From an uncultured Acidobacteriota bacterium (GTDB taxonomy: Bacteria > Acidobacteriota > Thermoanaerobaculia > UBA5066 > Gp7-AA6), in the NCBI GenBank assembly GCA_963733815.1, contig CAVTEG010000015.1, forward strand, positions 171,910-235,909: a stretch of DNA of 64,000 nucleotides. The letters run 5' to 3'. This document shows, one piece after another, positions 44,852 to 54,145 of this stretch. The notes below the pieces were generated by a model. That model made no database searches and was not told the DNA's origin. It saw only the letters and a list, made by a program, of their open reading frames with translations. The position numbers were made by a program, and so were the translations under genes. Each line of letters opens with the position of its first letter. Position 1 is the stretch's first letter.

Positions 44852-45958
44852 GTGAGGGCATCCGGAAGCGTTCTGGACGGCCAGGTCCTGGGCCGGCTGG
44901 ATCGCTGGCGGAAGGCACGCGCCGTCTTCGTCCGCCCCGACGGGGTCGAAGCGGAGCGGGCCGTTTCCGCGGCGTTCGGCCGGAACTGGGCGCGTGCCCC
45001 GATGTACGGACGGGCGCGCCGCCTGCTCGTCGAGCGAACCCCCGAACAATTCCTGGAAGAGCTCGAGCGCAAGCTCGGCCCTCTGGCCGACAAGGTTCGC
45101 GTGGCGCCCGAGGACATGCGCCAGACCAAGTGGGACGCGATGAGCCACTTGACGCCCCTTCCTCGCGCGCGCCAGGAAGTGGAGGCGCTCTGGCTCGCCG
45201 ACGAGCTGACCACGGGGGAGTTCTTCGTCGAGTTCCAGCCTCTCTTCGACTTGAAGACCGGGTCGGCCATCGGATACGAGAGCCTTCTGCGCGGCCGGGG
45301 ACGCGACGGGCACACGCGTCCGGCGGCGGAGATTTTTCCGGCCGCGGCGGCCCTGCATCTGGAGCCGACGTTCGAGCGGTTCTCCTGGAGCTGCGTCCTC
45401 GAGGCGGCCGACCGGCTGCCCGACGGCGCGCTGCTGTTCTTGAACGTCAACCCGCGCCTGATCGACCGCTCGGAAAATGCCCTCGCGGGCCTCGGCCAGG
45501 AGGCCGAGCGGCGCGGACTCTCCTTCGCGAGGATCGTCCTCGATTTGGTCGAGGTCGAGACGCTTCCTAACGTCGCCGACCTCGCGCAGGCCCTGCGCGT
45601 GCCGCGCGACCTCGGAGCGGTCATCGCTCTGGACGACGTGACGTCCGGGTACGGCACGCTGCAGATGTGTCACGTGCTCCAGCCCGAGTTCATCAAGGTC
45701 GACGCCGAGGTCACGCGGGGTATCGCCCACGACCCGAGGCGCCGCGCGATCCTGAAGTTTCTCGGAGACCTGTCCAAGGAGTTCTCGTTCCGCCTGGTCG
45801 CAGAGGGCATCGACAACGCCGAGGATCTCGAGGTCTGCGCGGCGGAAGGCGTTGGCGTGGCGCAGGGTTACTTCCTGGCACGCCCGGCCGAAAAGCCCCC
45901 GGAGGCCACGCCGGGAGCTCTCGGCGTGGCTCGAATCCCGGCCCGCGGGCCTTCGCTC
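44852..45958 (+). CDS. EAL-domain protein (putative c-di-GMP phosphodiesterase) with an unknown N-terminal domain; no stop before the next gene
   Basis: The EAL core is present (EFQPLFDL, ESLLR, NVNP, DDVTSGYG, KVD, QGYFLARP). It continues in frame into the Hsp15 ORF. Confidence 0.65.
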
Positions 45959-45961
45959 GGC

Positions 45962-46366
45962 ATGAACGCGGACCCCTCCGGGGGACCGCTCCCGTCCGTT
46001 CGTCTCGACGTCTGGCTCGACGTCGCCTGCGTCTATCCCACTCGGTCGCAGGCCAAGGCTGCGTGCGAAGGCGGGAAGGTCGACGTCAACGGCGAAAGGG
46101 CCAAGCCGCATCGCGAGATCCGCCCCGGCGACCGCATCTCCCTCTCCGGGCGAGAAGGCCGGCGGCGGGAGCTGATCGTCCGGGGTCTGGCCGAGCGCTC
46201 GATTCCGAAGGCCCAAGCGCGAAAGCTCTACGAGGACGTCACGCCCGCGCCGGCCCCGGAAGTCCTCGAAGCACGGCGTCTGGACCGCATACTCACGCCT
46301 CGCGGCGACGCCGGCCGGCCGGACAAGCGGGATCGGAGGGAGCGCATCCGCTTCAAGCGCTCCTGA
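45962..46366 (+). CDS. hslR: Ribosome-associated heat shock protein Hsp15 (S4 RNA-binding domain)
   Basis: RLDVWLDVACVYPTRSQAKAACEGGKVDVNGERAKPHREIRPGDRISL is the S4 fold of HslR. The 134-aa length is typical. Confidence 0.7.
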   Translation: MNADPSGGPLPSVRLDVWLDVACVYPTRSQAKAACEGGKVDVNGERAKPHREIRPGDRISLSGREGRRRELIVRGLAERSIPKAQARKLYEDVTPAPAPEVLEARRLDRILTPRGDAGRPDKRDRRERIRFKRS

Positions 46367-46391
46367 TCCGCTTCTGTTCTAGACTTCGGTC

Positions 46392-46679
46392 GTGGACTTC
46401 GAGCTTCTCTGCCCCTGCTGCAACGCCCGGCTCAAGATCGATCCAGAGCTCAAGGCCGTCATCGATCACGAGGCGCCGAAGACGCCCCGCAAGTACGGAT
46501 CGGTGGACGACGCGCTCGGCGCTCTGAAGGGTGCGGACGAGGAGCGCGAGAAGAAGTTCGCCGCGTCCATCGAGGCCGAGAAGTCCAAGAAGGACGTCCT
46601 CAACCGAAAATTCCAGGAGCTCTTCGAGAAGACCAAGGGCGACACGTCCAAGCCGCTCCGCGACATCGACCTCGATTAG
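46392..46679 (+). CDS. Small zinc-ribbon protein
   Basis: An N-terminal CPCC...(zinc ribbon) is followed by a charged helical tail. The start is GTG. Confidence 0.45.
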   Translation: MDFELLCPCCNARLKIDPELKAVIDHEAPKTPRKYGSVDDALGALKGADEEREKKFAASIEAEKSKKDVLNRKFQELFEKTKGDTSKPLRDIDLD

Positions 46680-46688
46680 CGGCGTCCT

Positions 46689-47213
46689 GTGAACGTCGGG
46701 GTCTTCGGCTCGAGCCTGCCGCGTCGCGGAAGCGACGCCTACATCGTCGCGTTCGAGCTGGGCGCCCAGATCGCGCGGCGCGGGGCCGGAGTCGTCTGCG
46801 GCGGGTATGGCGGCACGATGGAGGCGGTCTGCCGCGGCGCTGTCGAGGCGGGAGGTTCGACGCGCGGCGTGATCCTCTCCGGAGGCGGCGATCCCAACGC
46901 GTGGGTCCGGCAGCCCACCGTCGCCGCCGACCTCGGGGAGCGGCTCCGGATCCTTCGTGATTCTTCCGACGCGTGGGTCTTCCTGCCGCACGGACTCGGC
47001 ACGATGCTGGAGCTCGTCTGGATGGCCGAATCCGTGGTGAAGGCCGTGGCCTATCCCCGTCCTTTCGTGCTCGTCGGGAAACTCTGGCGGGCGTCGATCG
47101 AGACGGCGCTGCTGGAGGCTTCGAACTCCGACGGGGCCGCGGCACTCCGGAGCGTCTTGCGTTACACGAACACGGTGCCCGAAACGGTGGCGGCGGCGAT
47201 GGAATCGGCTTGA
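46689..47213 (+). CDS. LOG-family (TIGR00730) Rossmann-fold nucleotide-binding protein
   Basis: The motifs VVCGGYGGTMEA and LPHGLGTMLEL (PGGxGTxxE-like) are present. Confidence 0.8.
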   Translation: MNVGVFGSSLPRRGSDAYIVAFELGAQIARRGAGVVCGGYGGTMEAVCRGAVEAGGSTRGVILSGGGDPNAWVRQPTVAADLGERLRILRDSSDAWVFLPHGLGTMLELVWMAESVVKAVAYPRPFVLVGKLWRASIETALLEASNSDGAAALRSVLRYTNTVPETVAAAMESA

Positions 47214-47226
47214 GGCGAGTCCGAAC

Positions 47227-49080
47227 ATGAGACTCCGGATCGGTCTGCTCGTCCTCGCCCTTCTGATCGCGAAAGAGATGTCGGCCTGGACGTACTCCGA
47301 GCACCGCGCGATCACGGCGAAGGGCATCGAGTCGCTCGATCCGCGCAACCGCGCCGCACTCGACGCGCTCTGGGCTCTCGCCCAAGCGGGGGAGGCGCGG
47401 CTCTGCGAGGCCCCGGACGCCGGAGCCCAGGGGCCAAAGCCCACCTGCATCGATTTGGCGGCCTGGGGTGCGATCGCGGGAGACCACTCCTGCTCGCCCG
47501 AGGACATGTTGCGAGTCATCCTTCAAAGCGACTGGATCCTGAAGGTCGCGGGCGTGGCAGCGCGGGTGGATGAAGGGCTCGCCAAGGCCAAGAACGAGGC
47601 AATACGCACGAACGTCCGGATCGAGGGGGACCTCGGGCTGGAGCGCAACGATCCGGAATACAGCACCCGCGCCCGAGGGAACAACGCGCATTTCCTGCTG
47701 CCCCGCAAGGTCGACGACGCAGCGGAATATGCGGCCCAGTCGCTCTCCGGCGAGATCAACGCCATCGGGATCTACGTCGTCTTTCACGCGGCGGCCCTCG
47801 AGCATGCGAACCGTGCGGACGCGGACGGCGCGAGCGCCCGCCTGGCCCTGGCTCTGGAGCTTTTCGGCGTCCACTTCCTGGAGGACGCCTTCTCCGCGGG
47901 TCACATCGCCGGCTCGTGGGGCAACGCCGCCGAGCGGAAGGGGACCCACGACTACTACAACCAGCACGGCCTCGACGCGGAGAGCTGGAATCGGACGCCG
48001 ATGATTCTCTTCGGCGACGGCTACGCCCGCGCGGAGGACATCGCGCGGGCGGGAGCGGCCGTCGGCGAAAGTCTGTCGCAGTTCGTTGCCGCCGGAAGGC
48101 CGGATTCGGAGGCGGCTCGGGCCGTGGCCGGAGCGACGATCCCGGCGGCGGCCGAGGACGGAACGTTCGACGTCTGCCGCTCGACGCAGATGCCGCTGGG
48201 AAAAGCGACCGAGGGACTGAGCGTTCTCCTCGGAGAGGTTCTGCGCGAGACGCCCGTCCCGTTTCGCGGACCGGGCTATGCGTCCCTGCCTCGGTTTCGG
48301 GCCGAGATCGGTCCCTTCATCGGCGTGGCCAGCGGCGGCGCCGTGATCGGATCGGATCAGGGATTCCCGCCCGGTTCGGATGGCGCCGTACAGGGGCAGC
48401 TGGACGTGGGCGTGCGGCTGGGGCTCGGCCTCGACGCATTGCTCGGCGAGAACGGGGACGGGCTCGTGTTCGTGGAGACCGCGTTCATCAGCCAGTCGCG
48501 GTCCACTGGGGGCTGCCCCGCCTGCCAAAACGATCCGCTGGTCCAGGAGTTCGTCCCGGGAGTTCCGGCGCGGTCGGGCATCCAGTTCCGGCTGCGCCTC
48601 CCGTACTGGGTCATCCCGGGCGACCTGGTGCTTGCCGCGCCCGTGCTCGCGTTCACCAATCCCAGGCTCCTCGAGAAGATGGCCATCAAGGCCGCCGACG
48701 GCGGGCTGATTCCGTGGCAGCGTCGGATCGCTACGGACGTGGGCGCGGTCCAGTTCGTCGCCGGCCGCGAGTTCGGAGTCACACTCTTCGGCTACGGCAC
48801 CAAGGACGCGTTTCTCGCGGTCATTGGCGGCCCGAATCAGTCCGTGCTCTTACCGCTCGCGGTCAAGTCGCTCCAGTGGGATTTCCCGGTCGTGGAGTAC
48901 CGGCCTTTTCGCGAGTTCGGGACGCGTTACACATTTGCGACGTTCCTCCAGCTGGGGCTGGGCTTCGACCACCCGGTCTCGACCGAGATCGTGGGTCTGC
49001 CCGGCGTTCCGGCGCCGCAGCTCCAGAACCGCTATTTCGCGTACCTGCGGATCTACTTCGACGGTCGCCGCTACTTCTGA
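47227..49080 (+). CDS. Secreted hypothetical protein; mature N-terminus begins with Trp (possible Zn-dependent PLC/P1-nuclease-like domain)
   Basis: The signal peptide cleaves at ...KEMSA|WTYSEHRAIT. His/Asp-rich motifs occur in the first 250 aa. The C-terminal half is Gly-rich and beta-rich and ends in YF. Confidence 0.5.
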   Translation: MRLRIGLLVLALLIAKEMSAWTYSEHRAITAKGIESLDPRNRAALDALWALAQAGEARLCEAPDAGAQGPKPTCIDLAAWGAIAGDHSCSPEDMLRVILQSDWILKVAGVAARVDEGLAKAKNEAIRTNVRIEGDLGLERNDPEYSTRARGNNAHFLLPRKVDDAAEYAAQSLSGEINAIGIYVVFHAAALEHANRADADGASARLALALELFGVHFLEDAFSAGHIAGSWGNAAERKGTHDYYNQHGLDAESWNRTPMILFGDGYARAEDIARAGAAVGESLSQFVAAGRPDSEAARAVAGATIPAAAEDGTFDVCRSTQMPLGKATEGLSVLLGEVLRETPVPFRGPGYASLPRFRAEIGPFIGVASGGAVIGSDQGFPPGSDGAVQGQLDVGVRLGLGLDALLGENGDGLVFVETAFISQSRSTGGCPACQNDPLVQEFVPGVPARSGIQFRLRLPYWVIPGDLVLAAPVLAFTNPRLLEKMAIKAADGGLIPWQRRIATDVGAVQFVAGREFGVTLFGYGTKDAFLAVIGGPNQSVLLPLAVKSLQWDFPVVEYRPFREFGTRYTFATFLQLGLGFDHPVSTEIVGLPGVPAPQLQNRYFAYLRIYFDGRRYF

Positions 49081-50042
49081 GTCGGAGCGGGCGCAGGCTG
49101 ATAGGCCATCTCGCGCAGCAGCGCGATCCGCTTCAGGATCGGTGGATGCGTCGCGAAAAGGTTCGCGAACCAGCCTTCCTTCTGCTCGAGGCTGCCGCCG
49201 CGGGGATCCTCGATGCAGAGGTGCGCCACGCCCTGCTTGATCGAGGGCGTGGGCCCCTTCTCGGCGGCGATCTTCTCGAGGGCCGAGGCGAGGGCGAGCG
49301 GGTTGCGGGTCAGCTCGGCGCCAGAGGCGTCGGCGAGGTACTCGCGCTGCCGCGAGACTGCCATGGCCACCAGCTGTGCCACGAAGGGGGCGAGCAGGAT
49401 CGACACGACCCAGACCACGGCGAAGAGAAGCCCGGCCCCGCCTCCGCCTCCCTTGGTATCGCGGCGCCGGCCCAGACCCCAGCCGAACCCGCGGCGGCCC
49501 CAGTCGGAGAGCAGCAGGATCGCGCCCGCGAGCGCCGCGACGACCGTCATCAGCCGCACATCGAGATTCCGGACATGCGACATCTCGTGCGACACGACCG
49601 CCTGGAGCTCGTCACGGTCGAGCTTTTCGAGAAGCCCGCGGGTGACCGCGATCGACGACTTCTCCGGGCCGGTGCCGGTGGCAAAGGCGTTGGGGTCCGC
49701 GTCCGGGATCACGTAGATCGCCGGCTTGGGCAGCCCGGAGGCGATCGCCATTTCCTCCACGACGTTGTCGAGAACCCGCTGCGGCGGGTCGGAAGGGTCG
49801 AGCGGCGCGGCTCGAGTGGACTCCAGGACCGCCCGGTCGCCGCCGTGGAGGGACCACCAGGCCGACATGCCTCCCACGCAGAGTGCCCCGAGTGTGGCGA
49901 GGGGGAGCCCGGGCGAAAAGCCGCCCGCATAGAGCATTCCGTCGGCGCCGAGACCCAGGAAGACGAGCAGCAGGACGAAGCCGGCGATGAAGAGGCGCGT
50001 GTTGGAGATGTTGCGCTTCTGCTGCTCGTAGAGGTTGGTCAC
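49071..50042 (-). CDS. htpX: M48-family zinc metalloprotease HtpX
   Basis: HEMSHV is in a TM context and the C-terminal motif REYLAD is present. The GTG start overlaps the lemA stop. Confidence 0.8.
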   Translation of the reverse strand: MTNLYEQQKRNISNTRLFIAGFVLLLVFLGLGADGMLYAGGFSPGLPLATLGALCVGGMSAWWSLHGGDRAVLESTRAAPLDPSDPPQRVLDNVVEEMAIASGLPKPAIYVIPDADPNAFATGTGPEKSSIAVTRGLLEKLDRDELQAVVSHEMSHVRNLDVRLMTVVAALAGAILLLSDWGRRGFGWGLGRRRDTKGGGGGAGLLFAVVWVVSILLAPFVAQLVAMAVSRQREYLADASGAELTRNPLALASALEKIAAEKGPTPSIKQGVAHLCIEDPRGGSLEQKEGWFANLFATHPPILKRIALLREMAYQPAPAPTQK

Positions 50043-50629
50043 GCCCCCGGCTGCGGCCGGATGTTCAGGTCCACCTTCGGCACCGCCCTTTCGGCCGCGT
50101 CCTTGATCTCGAAGAGCTCGACGGTCTGGAACTTGAACGTCTGCGCGATGAAACTGTCGGGGAACATCTGCTGCGCCGTGTTGAAGCGCGTCGCAATGTC
50201 GTTGTAGAACTGGCGAGCGAACCCGATGCGGTTCTCGGTCGAGGACAGCTCCTCCATCAACGCGCGGACGCTCTCGTTGGCCTTCAGCTGCGGGTAGTTC
50301 TCGGCCAGGGCGAAGAGCCGCGAGAGAGTCTGGGTCAGCGCGTTTTCCTTCTCGGCGGAGTCGGCGACCCCGCGCGCGGCCACGGCCGAGTTGCGCGCCT
50401 GGATCACCTTCTCGAGCGTGTCCTGCTCGAACTGCATCTCTCCCTTGACCGCCGAGACCAGGTTGGGAATCAGGTCGTGCCGGCGCTTCAGCTGCACGTC
50501 GATCTGCTTCCACGCGTTGGCGACCTGGTTGCGCAGGCCGATCAGGTTGTTGTACCGCCAGATCGCCCACATGGCGCAAAAGACCGCGCCGACCACGAGG
50601 ATCAGCAAACAGCCGCCGATAGCTCCCAT
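50039..50629 (-). CDS. lemA: LemA family protein
   Basis: An N-terminal TM helix is followed by the conserved LemA core (NLIGLRNQV..., ENYPQLKAN). Confidence 0.85.
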   Translation of the reverse strand: MGAIGGCLLILVVGAVFCAMWAIWRYNNLIGLRNQVANAWKQIDVQLKRRHDLIPNLVSAVKGEMQFEQDTLEKVIQARNSAVAARGVADSAEKENALTQTLSRLFALAENYPQLKANESVRALMEELSSTENRIGFARQFYNDIATRFNTAQQMFPDSFIAQTFKFQTVELFEIKDAAERAVPKVDLNIRPQPGA

Positions 50630-50691
50630 CTGTTGCGGGTTCCTCCGTTGAAAGTTACGAAAAACCGGGGAAGAAGTTCAGTGCGTCCGGC

Positions 50692-51816
50692 TCACGCATT
50701 GAGGCCCTGGCGCAGCTCGCGCGCCAGGATCTCGACGGCGGAACGGGTGCCTCCCGTGAGCTTTTCCTTCCAGACCGTCTCGGTCTCGAAGCGGCGGTCG
50801 CCGATCGCCTCCGCCCACGGGCGCAGCGCCGCGTCGAGCTCTCCCGCCGACCAGACGTCGCCGCCCCGCTTGCGGACCATCGCGATGACGTACGGAACGA
50901 TGCGGATGAACGCCCGGAGCGACGTCGAGCTCTTGATCGAGTACTTGCGTCCGGCGAACGCCGCGGGAAAGGCCCGTGCCGCGGCTTTGAAGTAGTTGAG
51001 GAAGAAGCGCCGCGCGTTCTCCCGGAACTCCCGGGCGACGCGGCCCCCCGCCGTATCGACCGCCGCGAAGACGTCGCGCAGCTCGTCGGCGAGCGAGGCC
51101 TGCGTGACCGATCCTTTTCCGATGCCGAGCACCTTGATGGAGCCCTTCAGAGGCGAGCTCTCGTCTTCGTTGAGCGTGCGGATGACGTCGTGGGCCGCCG
51201 CGAGGTTCTCGTCGCGGTAGAGGCGGCGCCCCGCCAGCGAGATCAGGTGCGAGGGATTCAGCTTCGTGTGCTTGCTGTTGATGGTGACGAAGAGCTCGAC
51301 GACCTGGTCCGGCGTGAGGTTGTCGAACACCACGGCGGGGACCTGGAAGTCGCGGAGATTGTGCTTTTCGGCGATCTGGTGGAGCGCGAGGAGCCGGTGC
51401 TGACCGTCCAGGGCGCGGAGGATGCCGGACTCTTCGGGAAGCTTCAACGAGCCGGCGTCGGCGCGTCCCCCGGACGGGGTGAACTCCAGGCGCTTCTCCG
51501 AGACGAGGAGCACGCTGCCCGGGATCGCCGGCAGCGAGCCGGCGTCGGCCTGCTGGAGGTAGTAGGCCACGAGCTCGTCGATCTTCTTCTTGATGATCGG
51601 ACGCTGAAACGCGTGCTCGGACGCCGCGATCTTCTTTTCCAGGAGGTCCCAGTTCACCCGCCCCGCCGGTTTGTGCTTGCCGCGGGTGGTCTCGCTGCCG
51701 GGGCCGAAGGAGAGGACCTCGAAGCCGACCAGGGACTGCAGATCGGCGCCCGAGAGCAGGGCCTCGTAGAAGCGGACGCCGAACTGGTTCAGGCGAAGCG
51801 AGGGAACCGAAATCAT
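50692..51816 (-). CDS. DGQHR-domain protein (DndB-like family), stand-alone
   Basis: The LDGQHRLLAL motif has flanking conservation. The start is MISVPSL. The upstream 54 codons of the track ORF translate the heptamer palindrome and are non-coding. Confidence 0.7.
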   Translation of the reverse strand: MISVPSLRLNQFGVRFYEALLSGADLQSLVGFEVLSFGPGSETTRGKHKPAGRVNWDLLEKKIAASEHAFQRPIIKKKIDELVAYYLQQADAGSLPAIPGSVLLVSEKRLEFTPSGGRADAGSLKLPEESGILRALDGQHRLLALHQIAEKHNLRDFQVPAVVFDNLTPDQVVELFVTINSKHTKLNPSHLISLAGRRLYRDENLAAAHDVIRTLNEDESSPLKGSIKVLGIGKGSVTQASLADELRDVFAAVDTAGGRVAREFRENARRFFLNYFKAAARAFPAAFAGRKYSIKSSTSLRAFIRIVPYVIAMVRKRGGDVWSAGELDAALRPWAEAIGDRRFETETVWKEKLTGGTRSAVEILARELRQGLNA

Positions 51817-51921
51817 GTCCACCTCCTGGCCCGCGGGTGCCCTCCGGACGCGGGTCGCCGGTAGGGCGGCGCAAAGCGTATACCGGCTTTTTGGCGATTG
51901 AGCCCAGGAGATTTCAGCCGC

Positions 51922-51993
51922 CGTTGCAGGTTGCAGGTTACAGGTTGCAGGCGGGATCCGGCCCCCTGAAACCTGCAACTTGAAACTTGCAAC
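51922..51993. promoter_or_regulatory. Large imperfect palindrome built from tandem GTTGCAG-like heptamers in the divergent DGQHR / MFP promoter region
   Basis: GTTGCAGGTTGCAGGTTACAGGTTGCAGG ...14 nt... CCTGAAACCTGCAACTTGAAACTTGCAACC. Confidence 0.4.
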
Positions 51994-52340
51994 CCGGTTA
52001 CGGCGGCGAAACGGTCTTCCAGTCCTGCCCGGCCACCATTTGGTCGTAGATCTGGTTCGCGCCCGTCAGGATCCCGGAGAGCTCGGCGGTGAGGATCGCG
52101 GCGAGCTCGGCGAGGGCGTCCGGACGGGCGACCGGAACGGAGCATTCCACCGAGGACTGGCCGAGCGAGGCGAAGAACGGGGAGGGCCGACGGGTCCAGT
52201 CGGAGTCGCTGCGCCGGTGCTTGGTCATCAGGAACGCGGCGAGGCGCCGCTCGTCCCAGGGCTCGGACATGACCCAGCTGAAATTCGCGCGCAGACCTTT
52301 CTGCTCGACGGAGGGCGCGTCGCTGGCCAGCGAGATCGAC

Positions 52341-53135
52341 ATGGAACCTCCGGAAACGATAGCATTCCGGCGTTCGTCCGACACCGTGAAAAGAGTCCTG
52401 TTTTCGGGCCTTCTCCTGCTCGGCCCGGGCTTGCGCCCGGCCGCGGCGCAGGACCGCGTGTACGCGTCTCACCTGATGGTCGACCAGGACGTCGCGGTCG
52501 CGTCGCGGATCTCGGGCGTCATCGCGTCGATCGCCGTGGACCGCGGAGCGGTCGTGACGCAGGGGCAGGAGCTCGCCGCGCTCGATCCTCGCGAGGCCGA
52601 CGCCGACGTGCGCGAGGCGAAGGAAGACATGGAGTTGAAGAAGGCCGAGCACGCCCGGGCGGAGTCGCTGGCCGCGTCCAAGATCACGAGCGCGGCGGAC
52701 CTGGACGAGAAGAAGGCCCAGTACGCCGTGGCCACGGCGCGGTGGGAGAAGGCCAAGACGTTGCGGGACTACACCGTGATCCGGGCGCCCTTCGCCGGTG
52801 TGGTCACCGAGAAGTACGCCCGCATCGGCCAGAAGGTCACCGAGGACAAGCCCGAGCCCTTGTTCAAGATCACGGCGGTCGAGCCCCTGCTCGCCCGGAT
52901 CTATCTGCCCGAGGAAGAGCTGCTCCGCGTCAAAGTCGGGGACCGCGTCGACATCGTCGCCGAGCGATTCCCGGACGTGAAGACGACCGGCGAGGTCCAG
53001 TTCATCAGCCCGACTGTGGACGCCGCGAGCGGGACCTTCCAGGTCGTGGTTCGGGTCAAGCGGGAGCCCGCGCGTACGGTGCTGCGGCCCGGCATCGCGG
53101 TCCAGGTGCGGTTCCCCAAGGCCGCGGCGAAGTAG
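52341..53135 (+). CDS. HlyD-family periplasmic adaptor (membrane fusion protein), short form
   Basis: An N-terminal anchor or signal (LFSGLLLLGPGLRPAAA) is followed by a biotinyl-lipoyl-like segment, a coiled coil and a beta-barrel segment. Confidence 0.7.
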   Translation: MEPPETIAFRRSSDTVKRVLFSGLLLLGPGLRPAAAQDRVYASHLMVDQDVAVASRISGVIASIAVDRGAVVTQGQELAALDPREADADVREAKEDMELKKAEHARAESLAASKITSAADLDEKKAQYAVATARWEKAKTLRDYTVIRAPFAGVVTEKYARIGQKVTEDKPEPLFKITAVEPLLARIYLPEEELLRVKVGDRVDIVAERFPDVKTTGEVQFISPTVDAASGTFQVVVRVKREPARTVLRPGIAVQVRFPKAAAK

Positions 53136-53151
53136 AGAATCGCCGGCAGGC

Positions 53152-53872
53152 CATGCCGCCGACCGCTCCCCGCACCTCCGCCCGTCTCCGGTCGGCCCGC
53201 GACCGTGTGCTCGTGCACGACATCAAGAACATGTCCTTCCGGCTCCGGCTGCTGCTGTCCAATCTCGACGAGCACTGGGAAGACCCCGACTTCCGCCGGA
53301 CCGTCCGCGACCTGCTCGCCTCCTGTGTGGAGCGGCTGGAGGGAATCGCAGGCCGGTTCGTGGAACGCGAGGATGCGGTTCTCATCAAGGTGGCCCTGGA
53401 CGTCAACGATCTGCTGCGCCAGGTCGCCGAGCTCCCGGGCCGCAGGTCGGGCCGAAAAGGCGCGGAGGCGAGTCCCGGCGTTTCCCTGGCACTCGGAGAT
53501 GCGCCTCGAATCTGGGGGGATCCCTACTACCTCGCCGACGCCGTGGCGAGCCTGGTCGACAACGCCTGCGAGGCCGCGGCGCCGGCAGGCCGCGTGCTCA
53601 TGAGGAGCTTTTCCGCCGGCAGCCCGCGCCGACCCCGGGCCGTCATCGAAATCATCGACAATGGAGCCGGGATGACTCCCGAGTTCCTGCGCGATCGGCT
53701 CTTCCAGCCCTTCGAGACAACCAAGCCGCAGGGCGTGGGACTCGGTCTCGCGACCGCCAACCAGATCGCTCGCCTGCATCGCGGGACGATCCGGGTCCTG
53801 AGTCAGCCCGGCGGCGGTACCCTCGTGCGGCTGTCCTTTCCCGGGATCCCGGCCGAGCCGGGCGAGGCCTAG
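53152..53872 (+). CDS. Cytoplasmic sensor histidine kinase (no sensor domain)
   Basis: The H-box is LVHDIKN, and the N/G1/G2 boxes are present (DNACEAA, IIDNGAGM, GVGLGLA). Confidence 0.75.
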
Positions 53873-54145
53873 CAGGTTGCTGAAAGAGGGTGTGGGATGG
53901 CGTTACGAGCGCCACGGGGTCAGATGCAAGGAAGCGCGACGACGGCGATGCCCTTGCATCGTCGAGGAGCGATGACGATGCAGATGGCCCCGCGCCGCCG
54001 TAACCCGAAGGGTGGACGGCAATTTGCCGGCGGCCGCTCAATCGCGATAGAGCACCGAGTCGCAACACTTTGGAACGGGCGCCGGATGCAAATTGCCGGA
54101 CACGACACCCGCATCCATCTTTCAGCGGCCTGCTAGGAGGCGCGC

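Noticed and set aside
51980-53872. 630-aa ORF spanning the MFP and histidine kinase genes
   Set aside because: The Gly/Arg-rich N-terminus is antisense-like junk. The MFP (52341..53135) is in another frame with proper motifs. The kinase starts at ATG 53152.
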